The position numbers were made by a program, and so were the translations under genes. Positions 36,058-44,627 of a DNA stretch of 64,000 nt are shown one piece after another. The notes below the pieces were generated by a model. The model did not search any database, had not been told where the DNA came from, and saw only the letters and a list, made by a program, of their open reading frames with translations. This DNA comes from an uncultured bacterium. Lineage in GTDB: Bacteria; Bacillota; Clostridia; Christensenellales; HGM11417. The stretch covers positions 171,436 through 235,435 of the forward strand of contig CAJMQN010000003.1 of the NCBI GenBank assembly GCA_905215695.1, written 5' to 3'. Within the stretch, counting starts at the first letter, position 1, and each line of letters starts with the position of its first letter.

Positions 36058-36885
36058 TCATTGCTGTCTTTTGCGGTAAAGATATTTTTCAAGAAGGGAT
36101 ACGAGCAGATACATGACGGCGGCGAGCACGCACAAAACGACGGTGCTTGCCATAACGAGGTCGAGTTTAAAGACCTGTCCGCCATAGACAATGAGATAGC
36201 CGAGTCCGGCTTTCGAGACGAGGTACTCGCCCATAATCGTGCCGACCCAGGACAGCCCGACGTTGATTTTCAAAACGGACAGAAAGGCGGGCATGGAGTA
36301 GGGAATAATGAGTTTTGTCAGGATTTGAAACTTATTTGCCCCCATGGATTGAAGAAGCAGAATCTTGTTTTTATCGCAGGAAGTAAAAGCGGTGAGCATA
36401 TTGATAATGGTGATGACGACGGAGATGAGAATCGCCATAAAGATAATGGCGTTTGTTCCCGCGCCGACCCAGATAATGATAATAGGACCGAGCGCAATTT
36501 TCGGCAGGCTGTTCAAAACGACGATGTAGGGGTCGAGAACGTTCCTAAGGCGCACCGACCACCACAAAAGAATCGCGACCGCTGTGCCGATGCAGGTGGA
36601 TAGCGCAAAGCCGAGGATATTTTCATACAGCGTGACCCAGCTGTGGTACCAAAGCTCTCCGGTAGAGGCGAGTTGACCGATCATGTTGCAGATGCGGCTC
36701 GGGCTTGACATGATAAAGGCGTCGATCCAATTCAGTCGTGCGGCAAGTTCCCACAGGAGCAGAAAAAGTATGAGAATGGAGAATCTCGCCACCATGGTAA
36801 GAATTCTGCTGTTGCGCTGTTTCTTGAGGTATCGGATGTGTTCGGCGGAAAAATCACGCTTGTTCGTCTTCATGGCTGATTTCAC
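36058..36885 (-). CDS. ABC transporter permease (NitT/TauT family)
   Basis: Six-TM BPD-type permease with LLQSMGANKFQILTKLIIPYSMP (EAA-like loop). Confidence 0.85.
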   Translation of the reverse strand: MKSAMKTNKRDFSAEHIRYLKKQRNSRILTMVARFSILILFLLLWELAARLNWIDAFIMSSPSRICNMIGQLASTGELWYHSWVTLYENILGFALSTCIGTAVAILLWWSVRLRNVLDPYIVVLNSLPKIALGPIIIIWVGAGTNAIIFMAILISVVITIINMLTAFTSCDKNKILLLQSMGANKFQILTKLIIPYSMPAFLSVLKINVGLSWVGTIMGEYLVSKAGLGYLIVYGGQVFKLDLVMASTVVLCVLAAVMYLLVSLLEKYLYRKRQQ

Positions 36886-37624
36886 TCCAGATTTTATCGA
36901 AAGTTTTCGGGAAGGCGGCGTTTTCCCTGCGCTTGGTGGGAAGAATGCCGTCGAATTTGCATTCGTGAACGGCGCAGAGCCGCGCCGGGCGCTTGGTCAA
37001 AACGAGAATGCGGTCGCTCATGGAGATACTCTCCGAGATGTCGTGCGTGATGAGAATCGCGGTCTTCTTCTCGCTCTTAATAATGTTATAGACGTCGTTG
37101 GTGACATTGAGACGGGTCTGATAGTCGAGCGCGGAGAAGGGTTCGTCGAGGAGCAGAATCTTCGGATTTAAAACGAGCGTGCGGATGAGCGCGACGCGCT
37201 GTTTCATGCCGCCGGAGAGTTCATTCGGATACTTGTTTCTAAACTCCCAAAGTCCGTACTTTTTGAGTAATTCATCCGCAACGGCGAGCGCCTGAGGGGT
37301 TTTGGTGTGCTGAATTTCAAGCCCGATAATGACATTCTGATAGATACTGCGCCATGGAAAGAGCTGATCTTTTTGCAGCATATAACCAATCTCTTTGCTC
37401 GGACCGGAAATTTTCTTGCCGTCGATGGCGATCGTACCGCTCGTCGGGGGCAAAATTCCCGAAATCATGGAGAGAATGGTTGTCTTGCCACAACCCGACG
37501 GTCCGATAATCGAAATGAATTCTCCGTCATATACCTGAAAACTCAAATCCCGAACCGCGGCAATTTCGTCCGTTTTCGAGTGATAGTTCAGGGAGATGTT
37601 GTTAAAATTAAGAATTTCTTTCAT
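36854..37624 (-). CDS. ABC transporter ATP-binding protein (NitT/TauT family)
   Basis: Walker A GPSGCGKTT, signature LSGGMKQRV, Walker B LLLDEPFSALD. Confidence 0.9.
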   Translation of the reverse strand: MKEILNFNNISLNYHSKTDEIAAVRDLSFQVYDGEFISIIGPSGCGKTTILSMISGILPPTSGTIAIDGKKISGPSKEIGYMLQKDQLFPWRSIYQNVIIGLEIQHTKTPQALAVADELLKKYGLWEFRNKYPNELSGGMKQRVALIRTLVLNPKILLLDEPFSALDYQTRLNVTNDVYNIIKSEKKTAILITHDISESISMSDRILVLTKRPARLCAVHECKFDGILPTKRRENAAFPKTFDKIWSEISHEDEQA

Positions 37625-37697
37625 TTGTAAACTCCAGAAAAAAGGGTATTCGTATATACAACAGTATATGCGGAAAGGTTCCGATTTGCTAAATGAG

Positions 37698-37732
37698 AAA
37701 CGGAGCGGCGAAGAGCCGCTCCGTTTTTTTTT
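37698..37732. terminator. GC-rich hairpin between the SBP and ATPase genes
   Basis: CGGAGCGGC-gaaga-GCCGCTCCG with T9 on the plus strand and UUUCUCAUUU on the minus strand. Probably intra-operon attenuation/stabiliser and antisense terminator. Confidence 0.5.
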
Positions 37733-37738
37733 GCGGTT

Positions 37739-38728
37739 TTATTCCTGCATAATCTTCTGTGCGAAACTGTTGTCGATCAATTTGGAAAATTCGACTCTTG
37801 TTTCAAGCTCGCCGGCATTCTCCATAATGGTCTGAAGTTTGTTGAAACTCTCTTCGGTCATGACGGGATTTTTCATCCAAGCGTCGATTCTGCGATAGGA
37901 GAGAACCGAAGTTTTAACGTCCTCCTTGGAGAATCCGGCAAAATGCGGCAGAAGTTTTTCGGCGATAAAATCAACGTCCGCGGTCTCGATATAGGTCTGC
38001 GCTCTATAGACGGCGCGCAGAAATTTTTCGATAATATCGGGGTTTTTCTCGATATAGCTCTGTTTCGCCATATAGCAAGTATAGGGGACTTCGCCGCCGT
38101 ACTCGCCGATTGACGCGACGATGTGCCCTTTGCCCTGACGCACGACGTCAGAGGCGGTTGGCTCGAAGAGCGCGACATAGTCGTCCGTTCCGCCGAGGAA
38201 TGCGCCCGCCATATTATTGAAACTCGTACTCGTATCGAAGGTGATATTTTCGCCTTCGAAATATCCCTTTTGATTGAATACGTATTGCAGCGTCATAAAG
38301 GGAACGCCGCCCTTTCTTCCCGCGATAACGCTCTTTCCCTCGAGTCCGGTGAAATCGAAATCAGGTTCCTCATTGCGGGAGACCAAAAACGCGCCGTCCC
38401 GCTTTGTGACCTGTCCGAAGACCTTTACGTAGTCCGTTTTGCCTTCAAGATAGACGTAAATTGCAGCTTCGGGTCCCATGAGTCCGATATCCGCGCCGTT
38501 TGAGAGGAGCGCCGCCATGGATTTGTCCGCGCCGCCGCCGTTGGTCAGCTCGATTTCGAGACCCTCTTCCTCAAAGTAGCCCATCTCCATCGCAAGGTAC
38601 TGCGGCGCATAGAAAATCGAGTGCGTCACCTCGTTCAGGCGGATCTTGTTCTTGTCATTTCCGCCGCACCCCGTCAGGCATAGACCCAACATCATGGCGG
38701 AGAGGACAATTGTGATTGCTTTCTTCAT
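37739..38728 (-). CDS. ABC transporter substrate-binding lipoprotein (NMT1/THI5-like, NitT/TauT family)
   Basis: GGAGG then ATG 38728. Lipobox LGLCLTGCGG. SBP-length sequence. Confidence 0.8.
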   Translation of the reverse strand: MKKAITIVLSAMMLGLCLTGCGGNDKNKIRLNEVTHSIFYAPQYLAMEMGYFEEEGLEIELTNGGGADKSMAALLSNGADIGLMGPEAAIYVYLEGKTDYVKVFGQVTKRDGAFLVSRNEEPDFDFTGLEGKSVIAGRKGGVPFMTLQYVFNQKGYFEGENITFDTSTSFNNMAGAFLGGTDDYVALFEPTASDVVRQGKGHIVASIGEYGGEVPYTCYMAKQSYIEKNPDIIEKFLRAVYRAQTYIETADVDFIAEKLLPHFAGFSKEDVKTSVLSYRRIDAWMKNPVMTEESFNKLQTIMENAGELETRVEFSKLIDNSFAQKIMQE

Positions 38729-38959
38729 ATTACCTCCGTTTTTCGCTTGGTTTGATTCCCGCTGCCGGGGCGTGGGGAACCGATATAATAACAGTTTATT
38801 CATCCGCGTCGGATATTGCTAAATGTTTTACTAAAAACTTGAAGTGTGATATAATGTACCCGAGAAATGCTTGAACCCGAAGGGCTCAAGGGCATTTCGA
38901 CGGGCATTACATCATTATGATATAATGATTTGGCAATATTGCATTTCGGAGGGAATCTC

Positions 38960-39193
38960 TTGCAACTTCTCGTTCTCGGCGCGGAATTTTTCGCCAATCT
39001 CCAAAAATGGAACGTCATCGTCGCACTCGTTCTCGCAGTGGCGGCTTTTGTTCTCATGCTGTTCGCCAATAAGATTGTGGCAAAACTCTTCTCGGACAGG
39101 AACAAAGAGGAACAGCTCTCCGCTTCGCTTAAAATCAAGGTGGTCTGCGCGGTCGTTGCCGTCTGCGCTTGCCTCTTGGCGGTTTTATTTTAA
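38960..39193 (+). CDS. Small two-TM membrane protein (77 aa)
   Basis: GGAGGG + 6 nt + TTG 38960. Two hydrophobic helices separated by KLFSDRNKEEQLSASLK. Confidence 0.4.
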   Translation: MQLLVLGAEFFANLQKWNVIVALVLAVAAFVLMLFANKIVAKLFSDRNKEEQLSASLKIKVVCAVVAVCACLLAVLF

Positions 39194-39227
39194 TTCGTTT
39201 ATCAGGGAAAAAAGGAGCTTTTTTACT

Positions 39228-41852
39228 ATGGAAATGGCAAAGACGTACGACCCGAAATCCTTTGAAAAGAGGATCTATCAGAATTGGGTGGACAAAAAGT
39301 ATTTTCACGCGGAGGCAGATCCCGACAAGACGCCCTTCACCATCGTGATTCCGCCCCCCAATATCACGGGTCAGCTCCATATGGGTCACGCGCTTAACCA
39401 CAGCATACAGGACGCGATTATCCGCTTTAAGAGAATGCAGGGGTATTGCGCGCTTTGGCTTCCCGGTACCGACCACGCCTCTATTGCGACGGAGGTCAAA
39501 ATCGTCGAGGATATGGCGAAGGACGGCTTGACCAAAAACGACCTCGGACGGGAAAAGTTTTTGGAGCGCGCTTTCGAATGGAAGGCGAAGTACGGCGGCA
39601 GAATCATCGAACAGATGAAATGTCTCGGGAACTCCTGCGATTGGGACAGACTCGCTTTTACCATGGACGAAGGGTGTTCCAAGGCGGTGAAACACGTCTT
39701 TGTCGATTTGTACAACAAAGGTCTTATCTATCGCGGGGATCGGATTATCAACTGGTGTCCGAGCTGCCGCACCGCGATTTCGGACGCGGAGGTGGACTAT
39801 GCCGAGCAGGATTCTTTCTTCTGGCACATCCGCTATACCTCGCCGGACGGAAAGCACGAAGTCATCGTCGCGACCACGCGTCCCGAGACCATGCTCGGTG
39901 ATACCGCGGTCGCAGTACACCCCGACGACGAACGGTATCGCGAACTCGTCGGAAAGACGCTTGTCCTGCCTCTCGTCGGGCGGGAAATTCCCGTTGTGGC
40001 GGATTCCTATGTGGACAAAGAATTCGGCACTGGCGCGGTCAAGATTACGCCCGCGCACGACCCCAATGACTTCGAGGTCGGGCTCCGGCACAATCTCGAG
40101 GTGATCCGCGTCATGGACGACGGCGGCGTCATCAATGAGAAGGGGGGCAAGTACTGCGGTCTCGACCGTTTCGAGGCGAGAAAACGTATCGTCGAGGACC
40201 TCAAGGCTTGCGGCGCGCTCGTGAAAATCGAGCCGCATAAGCACAATGTCGGCTCCTGTTATCGTTGTAAGACCACCATTGAGCCCATCGTCTCTAAGCA
40301 GTGGTTTGTCAAGATGAAACCTCTCGCCGAGCCCGCTATCGAGGCGGTACGGGACAAGTCTGTCAAGTTTATTCCCAAGCGTTTTGAGAAAATCTATTAT
40401 AACTGGATGGAGAATATCCGCGACTGGTGTATCTCCCGTCAGCTCTGGTGGGGGCATCGTATTCCCGCGTACTACTGCGAGGATTGCGGGCACATGGAGG
40501 TTTCGGAGACGGACGTTTTCACCTGCCCGAAGTGCGGAAGCAAAAAGATTCATCAGGACGAGGACGTTTTGGATACCTGGTTCTCTTCGGCGCTGTGGCC
40601 CTTCTCCACGCTCGGGTTTCCCGAAAATACCGCTGACCTCAACTATTTCTATCCGACGGACGTCCTTGTGACCGCCTACGATATTATTTTCTTCTGGGTG
40701 GCGCGCATGATCTTCTCGGGCATTGAGCACATGCACAAGGTGCCCTTCCGCGACGTGCTCATGACGGGACTCGTTCGGGACAAATACGGGCGCAAGATGT
40801 CTAAATCCCTCGGGAATGGAATCGACCCCTTGGAGGTCATCGAACAATACGGCGCGGACACTCTGCGTTTTGCGCTCCTCAACGGTACAGCCGCGGGAGG
40901 GGACACACGGTACTCGGAGGAGAAGATCGAGGGGTGCCGCAACTTCATGAACAAACTTTGGAACGCGTCCCGCTTTGTCAATATGAATCTCGAGGGGCAC
41001 AAGCTCCGCGGGGTGGAGGAGTGCAAGCTCGACGTTTCGGATAAGTGGATTTTGAAAAAGCTCAACGACACCGTGCGATACGTGACGGCAAAACAGGAGA
41101 AGTATGAGTTTGGCGCGTCCGGCGCGAAGCTCTACGATTTCGTGTGGTCGGATTTCTGCGACTGGTACATTGAGATGGCGAAACCCGTGCTGTACGGAGA
41201 GAGTGAGCGGGCGCGGGAGGACAAACTCTCCGTTCTGCTGTACGTCCTCAAGACCGTCTTGAAACTTCTGCATCCCTTTATTCCGTTCATCACCGAAGAG
41301 ATCTATCAGAGCGTGCCGCACTGCTCGGAGAGCATTATGATTTCCGAGTATCCGACCTATAACAAGAAGTTCAATTTCGTGCAGAAGGCGCGGAGCATGG
41401 AGAATGTCATGGAACTCATCCGGGGCGTCCGAAACCTTCGGCAGGAGATGAACGTCTCCGTCGGCAAGCGTACCCGGCTGTATATTGTGCCGCTCAAGGA
41501 CAAGGCGAGTTTTACGGAGTGCCTGTCCTATATCGAGAAGTTGAGCTTTGCGAGCGAAGTGAAATTTGTCGGTTCCAAAGAGGAAATTTGTGAAAAGACA
41601 GTCGCTTTGCTCACGCCGACGGCAGAGGTCTATGTCGCGCTCGGCGACCTCGTGGACACCGAAAAGGAGCGCGCAAGGCTGGAAGGCGAGTGCAAGAACG
41701 CGCGGGCGGAACTTGCGCGGGCGCAGGGAAAACTTGCGAACAAGGGCTTTACGGATAAAGCTCCCCGCAATCTTGTCGAGGCGGAGGAAGAGAAGGTCAA
41801 AAAATTTACCGAACTCCTCTCCAATCTCGAGGAAAAGCTGGCGAAACTGTAA
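39228..41852 (+). CDS. valS: Valine--tRNA ligase
   Basis: AAAGGAG then ATG 39228 (MEMAKTYDPKSFEKRIYQNW). HIGH-type PPPNITGQLHMGHA, KMSKS, C-terminal coiled coil. Confidence 0.97.
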   Translation: MEMAKTYDPKSFEKRIYQNWVDKKYFHAEADPDKTPFTIVIPPPNITGQLHMGHALNHSIQDAIIRFKRMQGYCALWLPGTDHASIATEVKIVEDMAKDGLTKNDLGREKFLERAFEWKAKYGGRIIEQMKCLGNSCDWDRLAFTMDEGCSKAVKHVFVDLYNKGLIYRGDRIINWCPSCRTAISDAEVDYAEQDSFFWHIRYTSPDGKHEVIVATTRPETMLGDTAVAVHPDDERYRELVGKTLVLPLVGREIPVVADSYVDKEFGTGAVKITPAHDPNDFEVGLRHNLEVIRVMDDGGVINEKGGKYCGLDRFEARKRIVEDLKACGALVKIEPHKHNVGSCYRCKTTIEPIVSKQWFVKMKPLAEPAIEAVRDKSVKFIPKRFEKIYYNWMENIRDWCISRQLWWGHRIPAYYCEDCGHMEVSETDVFTCPKCGSKKIHQDEDVLDTWFSSALWPFSTLGFPENTADLNYFYPTDVLVTAYDIIFFWVARMIFSGIEHMHKVPFRDVLMTGLVRDKYGRKMSKSLGNGIDPLEVIEQYGADTLRFALLNGTAAGGDTRYSEEKIEGCRNFMNKLWNASRFVNMNLEGHKLRGVEECKLDVSDKWILKKLNDTVRYVTAKQEKYEFGASGAKLYDFVWSDFCDWYIEMAKPVLYGESERAREDKLSVLLYVLKTVLKLLHPFIPFITEEIYQSVPHCSESIMISEYPTYNKKFNFVQKARSMENVMELIRGVRNLRQEMNVSVGKRTRLYIVPLKDKASFTECLSYIEKLSFASEVKFVGSKEEICEKTVALLTPTAEVYVALGDLVDTEKERARLEGECKNARAELARAQGKLANKGFTDKAPRNLVEAEEEKVKKFTELLSNLEEKLAKL

Positions 41853-41874
41853 ATCGTTTTTTCGGAGGGGAAAG

Positions 41875-42606
41875 ATGGACGTTCTGATTTTCGGAGGTCA
41901 GAGCAATATGCAGGGGCAGACGGAAAGTCTGCCCGAAGAAGCGCCGGTCGGTGGTGCGTTTGAATATCTCTATGAAACGGACGCGTTTCGTCCGCTTGCG
42001 CACCCTGTGGGGGAAAATTTCGGTGAACTTTTGCTCGCGGCGCACGAGGGACACGGGTCTTTGGTTCCGTCCTTTTGCCGCGCCTACCGCGAGGCGTGCG
42101 GGGAAGAGGTTGCCGCCATTCATGCCGCCAAGGGAGCCACGACCATTGCGGACTGGCATCCGAACGGGGAACGTTATGCGTTCGCGCTCAAAAAGATTTG
42201 CGCGGGGATTTCTGCGGCAAAACGGCTTGGAGAACTGCGAAAAATCTATTATATTTGGTTGCAGGGAGAGAGTGACGCGATAGAGGGGCGTTCTGAAGAG
42301 GAATATCTTCGCGCCCTCGTCGAATATAAAAACGCGCTGATGCGGGATACGGGAATTCAGAAATTCGGAATGATCCGCGTGGGGTATTTCGTAAACGATG
42401 AGCGGGATCTCGCGATAATGCGGGCGCAGGAGCGCGCGGTTCGGGAGGATAAGGACTTTGTCATGCTGACCCGCCTGACAGAAGAATTTTCCCGGGATGC
42501 GCAGTTTCTGAATCCCTTTGCGCCGGGACACTACAACAATCGTGCGATGGAGCTTTTGGGCAGGGACGCGGGGCAAACGCTCGGGAAACTGCGGAGTGAG
42601 CCGTGA
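41875..42606 (+). CDS. SGNH/DUF303-type carbohydrate esterase (sialate O-acetylesterase-like)
   Basis: GGAGGGG then ATG 41875. N-terminal IFGGQSNMQG block and WLQGESD block. Confidence 0.6.
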   Translation: MDVLIFGGQSNMQGQTESLPEEAPVGGAFEYLYETDAFRPLAHPVGENFGELLLAAHEGHGSLVPSFCRAYREACGEEVAAIHAAKGATTIADWHPNGERYAFALKKICAGISAAKRLGELRKIYYIWLQGESDAIEGRSEEEYLRALVEYKNALMRDTGIQKFGMIRVGYFVNDERDLAIMRAQERAVREDKDFVMLTRLTEEFSRDAQFLNPFAPGHYNNRAMELLGRDAGQTLGKLRSEP

Positions 42607-43121
42607 TTGTCGAAGTCGTAGAGTATCGCCCGGAATGGGCGGAGGAATTTCGTCAAGAGACGGAAAAGCTCCGCGCGGTCTTGGGGCGGGAGCTTGTGGA
42701 AATATTTCATATCGGAAGCACAGCAGTGCCGGGACTCAGCGCAAAGCCCATTATCGACCTCATGCCCGTGGTTAGAAATCTCTCCGCGGCGGACGAGAAG
42801 AGAAGTGCGTTCGAGGCGCTTGGATATGAATACCTTGGGGAATTCGGGATTCCCGGAAGACGGTATATGCGCAAGGGCGGGGAACACCGCACGCATCAGG
42901 CGCATATCTTCGCAGAGGGGGACAAGAACAATATTTTGCGGCATCTCGCGGTGCGGGACTATCTTCGCGCACACCCGAAAGAGGCGGCGGCTTACGGCGC
43001 GCTCAAGATCGAACTCGCCGGTAAATTTCCGCGGGATATTGAGGGGTACTGCGACGGAAAGGATGAGTTCGTGAAGGCGCTCGAGAGGCGCGCGCTCAAA
43101 TGGGCGGGCGAGAAAATATAG
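42603..43121 (+). CDS. GrpB-family protein
   Basis: GTG 42603 overlaps the upstream stop. YRPEWAEEF...HIGSTAVPGLSAKPIIDL...RDYLRAHP is a typical GrpB pattern. Confidence 0.8.
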   Translation: MIVEVVEYRPEWAEEFRQETEKLRAVLGRELVEIFHIGSTAVPGLSAKPIIDLMPVVRNLSAADEKRSAFEALGYEYLGEFGIPGRRYMRKGGEHRTHQAHIFAEGDKNNILRHLAVRDYLRAHPKEAAAYGALKIELAGKFPRDIEGYCDGKDEFVKALERRALKWAGEKI

Positions 43122-43123
43122 AA

Positions 43124-43155
43124 GCCCGGTGCGAAGGCATCGGGCTTTTTCTTTT
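43124..43155 (+). terminator. Intrinsic terminator
   Basis: GCCCGGTGC-gaag-GCATCGGGC followed by TTTTTCTTTT. Confidence 0.75.
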
Positions 43156-43355
43156 GTCAGCGAAAAAAATAGTGGACGCGACAGGCACTTGGATTGCGAA
43201 TTCGGTCAATTTAATTCTTTCACAAGACAGCTATTTTTAATAATGGTAAAATAGTAAATACAATATTGCGATAAATAAGCACAATTCTTCATTCCATTTT
43301 TCGGGTGCAGTATTTATAATAGATACATAAGCCGGGAGGCGGTCTTGCCTTCGTA

Positions 43356-43469
43356 CGGAAAGGTACACCTTTCCGAAATAGACAATTACTATTAAAACAT
43401 GCTGTTTTCATTTGAAAACGGCGTGTTTTTTTATTTTCTCCGACCTTTGCAAAGGTGTACCTTTTCGAA
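43356..43469 (+). promoter_or_regulatory. Pair of motif copies in the leader of the phosphoesterase/ABC/surface-protein locus (CGGAAAGGTACACCTTTCCG at 43356; TTTGCAAAGGTGTACCTTTTCGAA at 43446)
   Basis: Centre spacing is 92 bp. The downstream copy centre is 27 nt before ATG 43485. A hairpin + U-tract (CTGTTTTC-attt-GAAAACGG..TTTTTTT, about 43401-43431) lies between the copies. Confidence 0.45.
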
Positions 43470-43484
43470 GGGGAAGGAGGTTTT

Positions 43485-44594
43485 ATGGTAAAAAGAAAAT
43501 GGCTAGCAGCGGTTACCGCAGCAATTTTCTGTCTGTCGGCGGTGATGTTTGCCGCCTGCGGAGAAAAAGGGGAGAAACCCGGGGAAACTCCATACGAATA
43601 TGATTTTACCCTCGAACTGCCCGTCGGCGAGGTCGATATTCTCATTATGAATGACACGCAGGTCATCGATTCTTCGCAGGGACGGGAACTCTTCGGGGCG
43701 GATAAGACGAATTACACCCCCGATAAAATCGACGAACGGCTCTTCCGGTACATGGACGATGCCGTGGCGCAGGGTGACCCCGACCTGATTGTTTTGGGCG
43801 GGGACAATGTCTATGCGGATTTTGATTTTGACTTTTCAAATATAGATAAGTTTATCGCGAAGATGGAATCCTACGGAAAGCCTTGGATTACAGTATTCGG
43901 CAATCACGACCTGTATCCCTATCCGAATCACCCCACGCTGACAAATTCGCAGTACATTGACGAAGTGCTCAAAAAGTACGAGGCTGCCGAGCACTGTATG
44001 TTTCAGCGCACGGGTATTTCGGAATTGCGGTTCAACGAATATACGCTTGGCATCAAGCAGGATGGAAAATATACGCTCTCCCTCTTTTTTGTCGATACGG
44101 GGGACGCCTCTCGGGGCGGAATCGGAGTCACGGGCAAGCAGTGTACCTGGTTGGAGGAGACCTCGGCGAAAATTCAGAAGAGTTACGGCAACCTGCCCGC
44201 GCATGTCTATATGCACGTTGCGGTTCCCGCCTTTGTGGACAGTCTGGACGAGATGTACCCCGACGATTGGTACGCCGGCGGGATTCTCGGAAGCGAGAAC
44301 CTGCCCGCAAAGAACGGGGATTTCGGGCGAATCGACAACCTTTCGGAGCTTGGATCGTCCGCTTATGGGGAAAAATTCTTCGATATCTGTACGGAAAATC
44401 GGGTGACAAATATGTTCGCCGCGCACAATCACAAGGCGTCTTTTTCGGTACTTTACCGGGACGTCCGGCTCACGATGGGGCTCAAGACCGGCGAATATGA
44501 CAGCCATCTGCAAAATTTTCTCGGCGCTACGCGTGCGAGGATTTCGGAGGGAAGAACTACAGTCGAACATCTGTATTTTTCGGGAAACAACTGA
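43485..44594 (+). CDS. Calcineurin-like metallophosphoesterase lipoprotein
   Basis: GAAGGAGG then ATG 43485. Lipobox VMFAACG. GDNVY, GNHD and AHNH phosphoesterase blocks. Confidence 0.8.
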   Translation: MVKRKWLAAVTAAIFCLSAVMFAACGEKGEKPGETPYEYDFTLELPVGEVDILIMNDTQVIDSSQGRELFGADKTNYTPDKIDERLFRYMDDAVAQGDPDLIVLGGDNVYADFDFDFSNIDKFIAKMESYGKPWITVFGNHDLYPYPNHPTLTNSQYIDEVLKKYEAAEHCMFQRTGISELRFNEYTLGIKQDGKYTLSLFFVDTGDASRGGIGVTGKQCTWLEETSAKIQKSYGNLPAHVYMHVAVPAFVDSLDEMYPDDWYAGGILGSENLPAKNGDFGRIDNLSELGSSAYGEKFFDICTENRVTNMFAAHNHKASFSVLYRDVRLTMGLKTGEYDSHLQNFLGATRARISEGRTTVEHLYFSGNN

Positions 44595-44627
44595 AACCGT
44601 AAATTTGTATCATAAGGAGGATTTGAT

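Noticed and set aside
38729-38870. Possible TPP (THI-box) riboswitch upstream of the NMT1/THI5-like ABC substrate-binding gene
   Set aside because: The minus-strand leader lacks the CUGAGA and ACCUGAUCUGGAUAAUGCCAGCG-type conserved elements. It is only a short leader with a -10-like TATTAT.
38871-39227. 119-codon N-terminal extension of valS (ORF-track start 38871)
   Set aside because: Conserved ValRS sequence begins at MEMAKTYDP, with an AAAGGAG RBS at 39212. The extension overlaps a better small membrane ORF in another frame.
39135-41321. 728-aa ORF antisense to valS
   Set aside because: It lies entirely inside the unambiguous valS gene on the opposite strand. It is Arg/Gly/Val/Asp-rich shadow-frame sequence typical of high-G+C DNA, with no RBS and no recognisable motif.
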